Shown: piece by piece, positions 28,698-38,619 of the stretch | How the letters are laid out: the number at the start of each line of letters is the position of its first letter | Numbering within the stretch: position 1 is the first letter of the stretch | Source of the DNA: Planctomycetota bacterium | Lineage (GTDB): Bacteria; Planctomycetota; UBA8108; SXIK01 | DNA length: 64,000 nt | Direction of reading: 5' to 3' | Assembly (NCBI GenBank): GCA_965223845.1 | Contig: CBDCXR010000004.1 | Location: 6,816,001 to 6,880,000 of the forward strand | Notes under the pieces: generated by a model | Databases searched by the model: none | Told to the model about the DNA's origin: nothing | What the model saw: the letters and a program-made list of their open reading frames with translations, nothing else | Program-made: the position numbers and the translations under genes

Positions 28698-28890
28698 GGG
28701 GCAGTTGTGGGGACGTGAAGGGTAGCGCTTGGCGCCGTTCTGCGTCAACCCTCGAACGTCGATTTCTCGCCAGATTCTCGTCTCCCGGCGTAGGATCCGA
28801 CCGAAGGAGCGGTGGGGGGACGAGTCCTCCTTTTCACGAACGTCGAGAAACCTCATTCCCTGTCCACGCGAGCTCCACCTCTTTGTCAAT
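28663..28890 (-). ncRNA. Candidate structured small RNA (family not recognised)
   Basis: Strong terminator with no credible upstream minus-strand gene. TTGACA at 28889-28884. Complementary segments CUCGACGUUCG/CGACGUUCGAG and CUCGUCCCC/GGGAGACGAG flank a purine-rich internal bubble. Confidence 0.4.
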
Positions 28891-29037
28891 TGCTGACTTA
28901 CAGCGGTCCTTCACCGCCCGGACCGTCCGTGGTGAGACATTCGGGCTACTCTCCTCCAGCTACGGAGAATCCTCGATGTTAGGTTCGGATTCGAGATTTG
29001 TGCCCCCCTGGCGGCGACAGCGGGTAAAGGGGCGAGC

Positions 29038-30411
29038 GTGAAGAGGCTCGTCGTCCTCGACGTCGTCGGTCTGACCCCGGGTCTCCTCGGCGCCGACACT
29101 CCGCACCTGTCCGCGCTCGGCGAGGAGGGCTTCCGCGCTCAGCTCGATCCCGTGCTGCCGGCAGTCACGTGCACTGCGCAGGCGAGCATGGTGACCGGCC
29201 GACCTCCGAGCGAGCACGGCATCGTCGCGAACGGCTGGTATTTTCGCGATCTCGCGCAGGTGTGGCTCTGGCGCCAGTCGAATCACCTCGTCCACGGCGA
29301 GCGAGTTTGGGAGACCGGACGCGGGCGCGATCCGGCGTTCACCTGCGCGAAGCTCTTCTGGTGGTTCAATCTCTACTCGACGGTCGATTGGTCGGTCACG
29401 CCTCGACCCGCCTACTTCGCCGATGGCCGGAAGCTCTCCGACGTCTACACGGAGCCGCCCGAGCTTCGCGACTCGCTGACCGGAGCTCTCGGCGCGTTTC
29501 CCCTCTTCGAGTTCTGGGGGCCGAAGGCCGGAATCGGATCGTCGCGCTGGATCGCCGCCGCGGCGAGCCGGGTTCTCACGGAGAAGAGGCCGACCCTATC
29601 GCTGGTCTACCTTCCGCACCTCGACTACGACCTCCAGCGCTTCGGCCCGGACGATCCGCGGATCCCCGCCGAGGTGCGGAGGATCGACGCGGTATGCGGG
29701 GAGCTCATCGCCGCCGCCCGGCGCATCGATGCGGAAGTGATCGCTCTCAGCGAGTACGGAATTACACCGGTGCGCGGGAGCATCTCCCTCAACCGCATTC
29801 TGCGCGAAAGCGGATTCCTGCGCGTCCACTCGGCGCTCAACGGCGAGCTCCTCGACGCGGGGGGGTCGCGCGCGTTCGCGGTGTGCGATCACCAGATCGC
29901 CCATGTCTACGTCGCCGACTCCGCCGATCGTCCGGCGGTCCGGCGGCTACTCGAATCCGTAGACGGGATCGCCGAAGTGCTCGACGAAGACGCGCAAGCG
30001 AGCGCCGGCCTCCGGCACGATCGCAGCGGCGAGTTCGTCGCGATCGCGGCGGCGGATCGGTGGTTCGACTACTACTACTGGCTCGACGAGCGCCGCGCTC
30101 CCGATTTTGCGCGGACGGTCGACATACACCAAAAGCCGGGATACGACCCCGTTGAGCTTCTCATCGATCCGGCGAAGAAGATGCTCGGTGGGCGCGTCGC
30201 CGCGAAGATCGCCGCACGTCGGCTCGGGTTCCGTACACTGTTCGATGTGATCCCGCTCGATTCGAGTCTCATTCGCGGTTCCCACGGAAGGCTGCCCGCC
30301 TCACCCGAAGAGGGTCCCGTTCTCCTTTCGAGTTCACGCGCGGCGGCGGCTTCGCGACTCGCGATGACGGACGTCGCGAATGTCATCCTCGAGACGATCT
30401 TCTCGCCCTGA
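29038..30411 (+). CDS. Alkaline phosphatase superfamily nucleotide pyrophosphatase/phosphodiesterase (EboF-like)
   Basis: VVLDVVGLT, PAVTCTAQASM (catalytic Thr), HGIVANGWYFRD, YLPHLDY, SEYG, DHQIAHVY, VDIHQKPGYDP, IRGSHG. Confidence 0.88.
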   Translation: MKRLVVLDVVGLTPGLLGADTPHLSALGEEGFRAQLDPVLPAVTCTAQASMVTGRPPSEHGIVANGWYFRDLAQVWLWRQSNHLVHGERVWETGRGRDPAFTCAKLFWWFNLYSTVDWSVTPRPAYFADGRKLSDVYTEPPELRDSLTGALGAFPLFEFWGPKAGIGSSRWIAAAASRVLTEKRPTLSLVYLPHLDYDLQRFGPDDPRIPAEVRRIDAVCGELIAAARRIDAEVIALSEYGITPVRGSISLNRILRESGFLRVHSALNGELLDAGGSRAFAVCDHQIAHVYVADSADRPAVRRLLESVDGIAEVLDEDAQASAGLRHDRSGEFVAIAAADRWFDYYYWLDERRAPDFARTVDIHQKPGYDPVELLIDPAKKMLGGRVAAKIAARRLGFRTLFDVIPLDSSLIRGSHGRLPASPEEGPVLLSSSRAAAASRLAMTDVANVILETIFSP

Positions 30412-30423
30412 GGAGGACTCGGT

Positions 30424-32400
30424 TCACGCGCGATCGTCGCGGGCCAGGAACTCGCGCGCTTCTGCGACTACGTCCGACGGATAGCCTTGCTGCTCGAGCA
30501 CCCGAACCGCGTTCGTCGTCGGCGACGGTCCTTCGCGCAAAATGTAATCGAAGGTCATGACTCCGTCGTCGACGCGATCGCGCAGATGGTAGTTCGCGAT
30601 CGCCTCCTCGCCGGCTTCGGCGGCGAGCTCGGTCAGACTGAGATCGTGCGTGGCGACGATCGCGAGCGCTCCGCTCCGCCGGAACGCGCGCACGACGGAG
30701 CGCGCGATCGCCAGTCGCTCCGTGGAGTTCGTCCCCCGAAACATCTCATCGCAAAGGATGAGAACGCGCGGATCGTCGGCGGCGAACGCGATCGTCTGCT
30801 TGATGCGCTCGACTTCGACCTGAAAGTAGCTCTTCCCGTCGTCGAGCGAGTCGCGGATGTTGACGTCGGTGTGGATCGCAACCGGAGTCCAGCGCATGCG
30901 CTGGGCGGAGACGGGGCCGCCGGCGCCCGCGAGGAGAACGTTCAATCCAATCGCGCGAAGGTAGGTCGACTTGCCGGACATGTTCGATCCGGTGAGGATC
31001 CAGACTGTCTCGTCCGTCCCGAGGCGAACGTCGTTTCGAACGCAGTCGCCGGGCTCGAGGACCGGGTGTCCGACGGCTTCTCCTTCGATCTGCGGGTGAC
31101 CGGCATCGATCGCCTCGGGAAGAACGAACTCGGCCTGCTCGGCGAGCGGAAGCGCCAAGCAGAGAAGAGCGTCGAGCTCGCCGAGTGCGCCGGTCGCCGC
31201 CTCGAGCTCACCGCTGTGCTCGGCGAAGCGGCGCTCGGTCGGTGGCAGGAGTCTCAGCTCCCACAGCGTGAGGATGTTGATGATCTCGAAAATCGGTCCG
31301 TAGCTATGGAACGCGAGGAGGGCGAGTCGCCTCCGGAGACGCTTCACCGTCGGCGCGACGGACGCGAGAGCCGCCGCGATGTCGCGACCGATCCGGCTCT
31401 CCCACTTCGCCGCTCGGACCTCGTTCTCGAGGTTCGCCATCGCGACGAGCAGCGGATCGAAGAGGAGGAGGCGGTTCCGAATCTCGTTCGAGTCCTTCAC
31501 GTTCCACCCGATGACGAGAAGGTGAAGGGCGACGAGAACGAGGACGGGAGCGAGGAGCGCGTACGAGCCAAACACGAAAAACGCGATGAGGAGCGCCGGT
31601 GCTGCCGTCCCCGAGAGGTGGGCGAAGAGATGGAGGCCGCGGCGATGGGCGAACCTTCCCGGTGCGGCAAACTGTGCCCCGAGTGGCGAGAGGTCGTAGC
31701 GTCGAAGCGGAAGAAGCGCGCGGAGGAGCTTCTCGCGCGCGTCGCTCCCCGCCGCGAGCTCCGCGACCAGCTCCTGACGCTCGCGGATGTCCGCGGCCGC
31801 GCGCAGGGGACGGCGCAGAAGACGCGCGAGACGGCGGGCGCCGAAGGTGCTGCTCGTCCAGTCGAGAAAGCCGAAGAGGCTGCGCACCCCATCGAAGATC
31901 TGAAGATCGTCGACGACTCCGGAGTCGAGAGGCTCGTCGTCGGGCTCCTTGCGGTAAACGCACTCGCCGCCTTCGAGGCGCGAGGCCGTCGCTCCCGTGC
32001 GCGGTGCGGGTCGCTCGCGCCGCCGGGTTCGTTGCCGCTCCACGCGTTCGGTGAGCAGCGTGAGCCTTGTCTCGACACGATCGAGCCGCCGGAGGACGAC
32101 CCCGTGCCGAACGAAGGATGCGGCGAAGACGAGCACGCCCGGTAGTGCGACGTAGACGAGGGCGAACGGCCACTCCACGGCCCAGATGAGACCGGCCGTG
32201 AGGACGAGAAAACCGCCGAGCCGAAAGTTCGAGAGGCGCTGCGACGAGGCGTCGAGCTCGCGCCGTGCGGTCTCGAGCTCGATCGTTCGCACCGAGTCGC
32301 GAGATCCCGTGCTCGCCGGGGCGTCGCCCGCGGCGGCCGACTCGCGCATCGGTTCTTTCTGTTCGGCGACGGGGCTCGCGTCGCGACGACTATCCTGCAT
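30424..32400 (-). CDS. Membrane-anchored MutS-related ATPase (domains III/V only)
   Basis: N-terminal and internal TM segments; ILTGSNMSGKSTYLR, DSLDDGKSYF.VE, DEMFRGTNSTER, ATHD, FDY.LREGP..TNA. No mismatch-binding domain I. Confidence 0.88.
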   Translation of the reverse strand: MQDSRRDASPVAEQKEPMRESAAAGDAPASTGSRDSVRTIELETARRELDASSQRLSNFRLGGFLVLTAGLIWAVEWPFALVYVALPGVLVFAASFVRHGVVLRRLDRVETRLTLLTERVERQRTRRRERPAPRTGATASRLEGGECVYRKEPDDEPLDSGVVDDLQIFDGVRSLFGFLDWTSSTFGARRLARLLRRPLRAAADIRERQELVAELAAGSDAREKLLRALLPLRRYDLSPLGAQFAAPGRFAHRRGLHLFAHLSGTAAPALLIAFFVFGSYALLAPVLVLVALHLLVIGWNVKDSNEIRNRLLLFDPLLVAMANLENEVRAAKWESRIGRDIAAALASVAPTVKRLRRRLALLAFHSYGPIFEIINILTLWELRLLPPTERRFAEHSGELEAATGALGELDALLCLALPLAEQAEFVLPEAIDAGHPQIEGEAVGHPVLEPGDCVRNDVRLGTDETVWILTGSNMSGKSTYLRAIGLNVLLAGAGGPVSAQRMRWTPVAIHTDVNIRDSLDDGKSYFQVEVERIKQTIAFAADDPRVLILCDEMFRGTNSTERLAIARSVVRAFRRSGALAIVATHDLSLTELAAEAGEEAIANYHLRDRVDDGVMTFDYILREGPSPTTNAVRVLEQQGYPSDVVAEAREFLARDDRA

Positions 32401-32764
32401 GTTTCACCCGACTCTCCTCCGCCGCCGCCCGATCTTCAGGGTGTACGAACACGGTTCCGGATCGTGAGTCCGCGGAAGGATTCGATCTCGGCCGCCCCGG
32501 GTCGCGTGTTCTCGACGGTTTCTCCAGACTCGCCAGCGATTCGCTTCACGGCGTCGACCGAGGGGCCTCGGTCGCCGGATTCGAACTCATATCTTGCGGA
32601 GGAGTCTCGCGACGGTCCGTTCCGACCGGCGACGAAGATCGACAGTCGACAAGGGGCGTCGCGCGCTGCCGCTCCCGCGACGGATTCCGTGCGTGCGCGT
32701 GCGCGCGAGCCGGAACATACCACAGTCTCCGGTCTTTAGTCGTGCAATTCGGTGGGGGCGATTC

Positions 32765-34663
32765 TCAGCGTGGGTTCGCCCGAAACCACTGCACCCACGC
32801 CTCCGCGGTGGATTGCCACGACCGCACATCGCCGTCGTCGCGCGGCGCCTCGATCTGGGCCCCGGTCCAGAGGCACAGGATTCCGTGTGCGAGGCGCCGG
32901 TGCGCGATCGAGCTCGCCGTCAGATCGCGAACGAGCGCGCGGGCGACTCCCTTTTTCTTGTGCTTTCGGGCGATGCGAATCACTTCGGCGCGAAGTCGCA
33001 GATTCTGGGTGACCTCGAGGACTTCGACGAGTGCGCTCGTCTCGACGCCTTCGACGTCGAGCGCCGTGACCGCACGCCAGCGATCGAGCCACCGCCGGGC
33101 GTCGTCGGGCTGCCGGAGTCGCTCGCCCACGATTTCTCCGAGCGCCGAGCGAGCGAATCGCGTGATGGAGTCCGACCCCCGCCACAGCGGAAGAAGCCAC
33201 GGAACGAGCTTCGCGCGCCGGCGCGGATCGAAGTTGCGCACGACTTCGCGGAGCGTAGGGACGAGTCGGCGGTGCCGGTGTGTCCCCGCGTAGTCGAGAA
33301 TCTCTCGGGCGGAAAGAAATCCGTTCGCCGCTTCGATGTAGACGAGGTCACCAGCGGTCGTCTCGCCGGCGGCAGACTCTCCCCGAGTGAGGAGGACAGG
33401 CGCCGCCGCGGGCCGGAGGGAGCGCGTCGAGCGCTTGAGATAGAGGAGCGCGAGCGCCGTGTCCGTGTACGCACCCCAGCTTCCGCTCGGGCGCTGAGCG
33501 CCGAGAAGTCGCTGGCAGCCTTCGCGGTACCAGTCGCGATCGCCGATCCGGGCGACGCCCGCGAGATCGCCGACCTTCTCGAGACTGTAGAGCGTGTAGC
33601 ACAGCCCTTTGCCGTCGGCGACGACGGCATCGAAGTGCGCGTCGATCCACGCGTAGGCGCGATCGAGCGCCGTTCGTGCCGCGGCGAGCTCTCGCTTCCA
33701 GCGCCGATTCCCGGTGCGCTCGAGCGCGTCGATCGCGATGACGATCGACGACGCGCCGGCGAGTGTCATCGACGCGCGAGCGGTTTCGTTCCCCGGTCTC
33801 CGGGGCGTTCGGTATCCCCAGCCGGAAGGAACCGCGCGGATCGCGCGCGGGCGCTTCGGCCGGACGAGGCCGAGCTTCTCCTCGAGCGTCGCCTCGGGCT
33901 CCAGCCGAACCGTGCGCTCGGCTTCCGAATCCCGGAGCTGCGCCCGGACGAACGTCGACGCCATGTCCGCGAAGTGGCGCGCGGGAATCTCGACGCCGCG
34001 CGCCAGCCCAACGCGCAGCGCGAGGATCGCGAATTGCGTGTTCGAGAAGTCGTGACGCCTCGTGTCATTTCCCGCCGAATAGGACCACGCTCCGCGTTGG
34101 CGACTCTCCGCGGCGAGAAGCCAGTCGACGAGCTCTCCGAGGCGCGCGTTCGCGGTGGCGACGTCGACGTCGAGAGACTCTTCCTTCTCTGCGCGCTCGA
34201 TCGCCCGAAGGTAAATGTCGAGTGCGAAGATGGTCGTCGCCGCGCAGTAGGTTTTCTTCGCCTCCCGCCGGGTGAGGATCATCATCGCGCGCTGCATTTC
34301 AGTGTCACCGGGCGGCATGTCCGCGCTGAGGAGAGCGGCCGCGACGATCGCTAGGCGTCCGAGGGGATAATCGGAGCGCGGCGAGCGCTGGAGATCGGTC
34401 AGACGTGGAGCGAGTGACTTTCGACCCGCTCGAACGGCCAGCTCCACGCGTTCGGAGAGCGCCGGCTGGTCCGCTCGGTCGGAGTCCCCGGATGGGTAAG
34501 CCCCGGTCGAACTCAGAAGCTCAACCGCAGCCCAAACCGCGAACGTGCGGGCCGCCCAGCGGACGCGCCCCGAGAGTCTGCGCCGGGCACGCTGGAACGC
34601 GCGCGGTCGCCGGTTGTCGTCGTTGATTGCCATCGATGCCGTCGTTGTCGGTGCGACGGCCAT
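32765..34663 (-). CDS. Prenyltransferase/squalene-oxidase-repeat (alpha/alpha barrel) protein with HEAT repeats
   Basis: GAWSY...HDFSNTQFAILAL, GWGY, SMTLAG, YTLYSLEKVG, DWYREGCQRLLGAQRPSGSW..DTALALLYL; helical HEAT-like C-terminus. Start uncertain. Confidence 0.75.
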   Translation of the reverse strand: MAVAPTTTASMAINDDNRRPRAFQRARRRLSGRVRWAARTFAVWAAVELLSSTGAYPSGDSDRADQPALSERVELAVRAGRKSLAPRLTDLQRSPRSDYPLGRLAIVAAALLSADMPPGDTEMQRAMMILTRREAKKTYCAATTIFALDIYLRAIERAEKEESLDVDVATANARLGELVDWLLAAESRQRGAWSYSAGNDTRRHDFSNTQFAILALRVGLARGVEIPARHFADMASTFVRAQLRDSEAERTVRLEPEATLEEKLGLVRPKRPRAIRAVPSGWGYRTPRRPGNETARASMTLAGASSIVIAIDALERTGNRRWKRELAAARTALDRAYAWIDAHFDAVVADGKGLCYTLYSLEKVGDLAGVARIGDRDWYREGCQRLLGAQRPSGSWGAYTDTALALLYLKRSTRSLRPAAAPVLLTRGESAAGETTAGDLVYIEAANGFLSAREILDYAGTHRHRRLVPTLREVVRNFDPRRRAKLVPWLLPLWRGSDSITRFARSALGEIVGERLRQPDDARRWLDRWRAVTALDVEGVETSALVEVLEVTQNLRLRAEVIRIARKHKKKGVARALVRDLTASSIAHRRLAHGILCLWTGAQIEAPRDDGDVRSWQSTAEAWVQWFRANPR

Positions 34664-34828
34664 CTGGGCGCGGCGGGTCGGCACGGGGAGTATGAGACCG
34701 AGTTGGCGTCGGCGCAACGCGCGACGCGCGAATCTCGAAGGAGAACGCGGCGGAACGAGAGACGACGGCACCGATCGTCGATCTCACTCTCCGTGTCGCT
34801 CGCGTCGCCCTTCGAGCGCCCCGCTCCT

Positions 34829-36295
34829 CTAGTACTCGCGGTAGGCCTCCCGCCCCGCGAGATCTCGCAGCACGTAGCGCCAACTATCCGGGTCGTGCCG
34901 GAGCCCCGCTTCCGCCGCCGTCAGCTCCGTGTCGAGCGGTGCACGCAGAACCATGCAGAGATACGCCGCACGGATCCACGCGCGAGCATCGTCGTCCGGT
35001 GCTCGCGCCGTGGAGTCGGGACGATTCGATAGCTCCCGTACGAATCGCTCCCAGTCGGTGTCCTTCGCTGCTTCGACGCGCCGGATCAGCTCCGCCTCGT
35101 CGCTCGCGCTGGGACGGCGTCCGAGGAGATCGACGACGAGTGATCGTGCGAGTTGCCGGTGAGTCCGTTCCCGTGGTGTCGGCGGCCGCGCGTACTCGGT
35201 CGAAGAGCACAGGAGAAACGCGTACTGCTCGGGATCGTTCTTCGCGAGCTCGAGAAGCGCGGCGTGTTCCTCCTCTCGGGGCTGCCGTCCGAGCAAGCGC
35301 CGAAAGATCGCGGCGGGCTCCGTGCCGTCGAAGCGGTGAAACTCGGGACCCGCGATCTGGATCCAGCGGTCTTCGAGCGACCACGCCGCGGCCTCGTCGA
35401 GCTCGGTTCGAAGCGGCGATCGATCGTGAAAATCGAGGTAGAGGCGGACGATCGAACGGTACCAATCGCTCGCGACATCGCGCGTGATCGGTGGGCCGAG
35501 CGGATTCTCCGGTCGCGCTCCTCGCTTTCGATCTCGGCTCGACGCGGAGAGGCCGCTGTTCGCCTTGTTGTCACGGGCACCCGCGCGGTCGTCCGGGTTC
35601 GTTCCGGTCGCGTCGAGACCGCGGCCGACGTAGCCGAGACCGATTCCGCCGAGCACCGCGCACACCGCGGCGGCGATCAGCACGGCCGAGTTCCACTGTC
35701 GCGGAGGGCGACGCTCGCGGAGCGGAGCCGCACGTCCGGATTCGGTTCGAGCGCGCGGACGTGGTGCGCTCGTCGCGTCGAGAGCGGACGGGGTCGTCGG
35801 TATCGCCTCGTCCGTCGGCTTCTCGGGGCTGGTAGCGGACGCGTGAACCACGGTTTCGTCGGCGGTGACCTCCGGGAACTCGTCCGCGAGCTCCGTCGCC
35901 GCGACCGTCTCGGTCTCGTCGGCTGGGCCCGCACGCGGCGGCGGCGCCTCCTTTCGCTCAGGCGCGGTCGCTTCCGCGCTCTCGGGTTTCGGCGGAAGCG
36001 CGTCTCCTCGCAGCCGGACCTCGATCGTGAAGGGACCGACCTGGACAAGGTCGCCGTGCGACAGCGCCGCTCGCTCGATGGGGAGGCCGTTGAGTCGAGT
36101 TCCGTTCGTGCTTCCGAGATCGCGGAGAACGTGACGGTCGCCGCGGCTCACGATCTCGAAATGAGGATCGGAGATCGCCGAATGGGGGAGGCGAAGCTGA
36201 GCGTCCTTCCCGCGTCCGACGACGATCGTCGCGTCGTCGATCTCCGCGCGCCAGCGCTTCGAGTGGTGGAGGTATCGAACGATGAAGGTGGGCAT
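34829..36295 (-). CDS. FHA-domain transmembrane protein with C-terminal LGRxP repeats
   Basis: FHA (VGR...ISDPHF...LRDLGSTNGT), P/E/T-rich linker, TM, then four 'xLGRxPxxxE'-like units. Confidence 0.82.
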   Translation of the reverse strand: MPTFIVRYLHHSKRWRAEIDDATIVVGRGKDAQLRLPHSAISDPHFEIVSRGDRHVLRDLGSTNGTRLNGLPIERAALSHGDLVQVGPFTIEVRLRGDALPPKPESAEATAPERKEAPPPRAGPADETETVAATELADEFPEVTADETVVHASATSPEKPTDEAIPTTPSALDATSAPRPRARTESGRAAPLRERRPPRQWNSAVLIAAAVCAVLGGIGLGYVGRGLDATGTNPDDRAGARDNKANSGLSASSRDRKRGARPENPLGPPITRDVASDWYRSIVRLYLDFHDRSPLRTELDEAAAWSLEDRWIQIAGPEFHRFDGTEPAAIFRRLLGRQPREEEHAALLELAKNDPEQYAFLLCSSTEYARPPTPRERTHRQLARSLVVDLLGRRPSASDEAELIRRVEAAKDTDWERFVRELSNRPDSTARAPDDDARAWIRAAYLCMVLRAPLDTELTAAEAGLRHDPDSWRYVLRDLAGREAYREY

Positions 36296-36415
36296 GAACG
36301 GAGCCGCCGATGGGATGTCGCCACTGGACGGGTCCATCCTACCCGCGGAAACGAAGGACTTGCCAACCCGGCCCGAGTGCGGACTCGGCGGAAGTCCACT
36401 CAGGTTGGGGACGCG

Positions 36416-37441
36416 TCAGGGAGAACCGCAGCCGGCGGCGATGGCTCTCTCGAGCGTCTCGGCGGAGAGCGGGCGATCGAGATCTTCGTAGAGTTTCGGC
36501 GAACCGGGCGGACGACTCTTCCAGCGGCGGTGCATCCAAAAATACTGCTCGGGGTGAGCGCGTACGAGTGCTTCCGTCTCGCGGAGATAGGCATCGACGA
36601 GTGCGCCCGCCCGCCGCGAGAGCTCGGCGGGAGTCCAGCGCTCGGGCGCTTCCTCGCCGCTCACCAGCTCGCGCGAAACGAGCTGAAACCGCCATGCGGA
36701 CGGATCGACGAGACACGCGATGAAGACGACGGAACACCGCGCTCGCAGCAGGATCTTCGCGTAGCCGATGTAGCTGGACGCCGGGACTCCGAAGAAGTCG
36801 GCAAAGTACATCCGCCGGCGATCGTTCTGGTCGGCGAGGAAGGCGACCGAATGCCCGCTGCGGAGGAGATCGCGGATCCGTCCGACTTCGCGATTCGATA
36901 CCAGGCCGCCGCGTCGCTCGCGCATTTGGTTGAGGTATCGATTGAGATGCGGGTTGTGGAGGTGGCGCGCGACGGCAGCTAGGGGGATGCCGAGCTGCTG
37001 AAACAGAAACTGCCCGATCTCCCAGTCGCCGATGTGGGAGGTGATCACGGCGATCGGCGCGCGCTCGGAACCGCGACGGAGGATCGCGTCGGTCGTGGCA
37101 TCTTTCGAGACGCGCTCGGTGAACGCGGGCTCGTCCCAGCGGCGGTGGAGGGCCATCGCCGCGGCGCACCGCGCCACATGCTGGCAGGACAGGCGTCCGA
37201 TTCGTGACTTCTCATCCCGTGAAATCGAGTCGCGAAACGCGATGTCGAGATTGCGGAGAATGATCTGCCGCCGGCGCCGGGCGAGGTACCAAACGGCGCT
37301 CCCGCCAGCACGACTGAGCAAGAGCAGCACTCGCTCGGGGAGCAGGCCGCCGATCCAAAAGAGGGCGCGCACGAACCACGCGATAACGCGTTTCGCGGCA
37401 TCGCTCCAAATTCCGGCAGAGTCGTCGCTCGATTTCGCCAT
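36416..37441 (-). CDS. Lysophospholipid acyltransferase family (LpxL/HtrB-like lipid A acyltransferase)
   Basis: NLDIAF, TSHIGDWE, FLADQ, FFG, PEQYFWMHRRWKSRP. Confidence 0.9.
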   Translation of the reverse strand: MAKSSDDSAGIWSDAAKRVIAWFVRALFWIGGLLPERVLLLLSRAGGSAVWYLARRRRQIILRNLDIAFRDSISRDEKSRIGRLSCQHVARCAAAMALHRRWDEPAFTERVSKDATTDAILRRGSERAPIAVITSHIGDWEIGQFLFQQLGIPLAAVARHLHNPHLNRYLNQMRERRGGLVSNREVGRIRDLLRSGHSVAFLADQNDRRRMYFADFFGVPASSYIGYAKILLRARCSVVFIACLVDPSAWRFQLVSRELVSGEEAPERWTPAELSRRAGALVDAYLRETEALVRAHPEQYFWMHRRWKSRPPGSPKLYEDLDRPLSAETLERAIAAGCGSP

Positions 37442-37458
37442 GCGTCCGACGGATGCAG

Positions 37459-38472
37459 CTAACGCTTGAGGAAGAGGTCGCGGCCCCGGACGAGTGCATC
37501 CATCTTCCGATCGGCGACGCCGCGCGGAAGCATCCAGAATCCGCAGTCGGGGTGCACGTAGCGGATGCGATCGATGCCTCCGACGGCGTTTGCCGCGCGC
37601 TCGATTGCCGCGGCGACATCGCTCGCCGATTCGATGCGATTGTCCTTGATGTCGATGACCCCGATGCCGAGCGCGATCTCCGGGCGGACCCCGGCGAATG
37701 CGCTGAGCTCCTCCGGATCGCGGCGCGCACACTCGAGCACGAGGTGATCGGCGTCGAGGGCGTTCAGATAATCGATGAGGCGACGCCAGTCGCCTGCCTG
37801 GATCGTCTGTCCGCCGTAGTTTCCGAAGCAGAGGTGCACGGCTCGCTCGCGACCGTCCTCGCGCGGGACGCTGCGGAGGACGGTATTCAGAGTCTCCGCG
37901 GCCCAGCCGGTTTCATCCGGGTGCCCCGTGACATTTGCTTCGTCGAGCTGCACCACGGCCGCATCGATCGATGCGAGCTGGCGCGCGAGGATCTCGGCGA
38001 GCTCGGCCGCGACGCGCTTCACGTCGCCGTAGTGCTCGTCCATGACGACCTTCGCGAGCATGTGGGGTCCGGTGCAGGTGAACTTGAGCGGCTGCCGCGT
38101 GAGATCTCGCACGAATTCCCAGTCGCGAAGGAGGTGGAGTCGACCTTCGCCGAGCGGGCCGCGCAACACCGCGGCGGGCTCTCGCCGGTACGCGGCGATC
38201 TCGCTCGCGCGGAACTTGGCGATGTCCGCGCGCGTCGGATGGAGGTCGATGCCTTCGAGCGGGCCGAGAAAGTAATCAATCATCCCGTTCGTGTCGGGAT
38301 GGTCGACATCGAAGCGCGCGAGCTCGCCGTCCGAGACGATGTCGATGCCCGCGTTTTCCTGCGTCTTCAGCACCGCGAGCACCGCGTCGCGCAGGGCTTC
38401 GCGAGTCCGCGCACCCGCTAACCAGCTCGGCACGGGGTAGCTTCCGACGACGGTCGTCTTCAGATCGCTCAT
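37459..38472 (-). CDS. Cobalamin-independent methionine synthase II family (MetE C-terminal/core only)
   Basis: TTVVGSYPVP, QENAGIDIVSDGE..R, TGPHML, VQLDEA, HLCFGN, GVIDIK, HPDCG. Single barrel, 337 aa. Confidence 0.88.
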   Translation of the reverse strand: MSDLKTTVVGSYPVPSWLAGARTREALRDAVLAVLKTQENAGIDIVSDGELARFDVDHPDTNGMIDYFLGPLEGIDLHPTRADIAKFRASEIAAYRREPAAVLRGPLGEGRLHLLRDWEFVRDLTRQPLKFTCTGPHMLAKVVMDEHYGDVKRVAAELAEILARQLASIDAAVVQLDEANVTGHPDETGWAAETLNTVLRSVPREDGRERAVHLCFGNYGGQTIQAGDWRRLIDYLNALDADHLVLECARRDPEELSAFAGVRPEIALGIGVIDIKDNRIESASDVAAAIERAANAVGGIDRIRYVHPDCGFWMLPRGVADRKMDALVRGRDLFLKR

Positions 38473-38619
38473 GATTCTTTTGGGCTCACTCGTGTTTCTC
38501 GGGCGCGGTATTGTATACGCGATCGATGGGAGAGCCACCTCTTCCGTGAAGGCGGAGCCGGGAGCAGCGGGTGCGCGGAAGCGTCGGGTCAGGGATCACC
38601 GAAGGAGAAGAACTTGGGA

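Noticed and set aside
28407-28889. 160-aa minus-strand ORF in the adk-phosphodiesterase gap
   Set aside because: It runs through a strong terminator, overlaps adk antisense and has no recognisable motifs.
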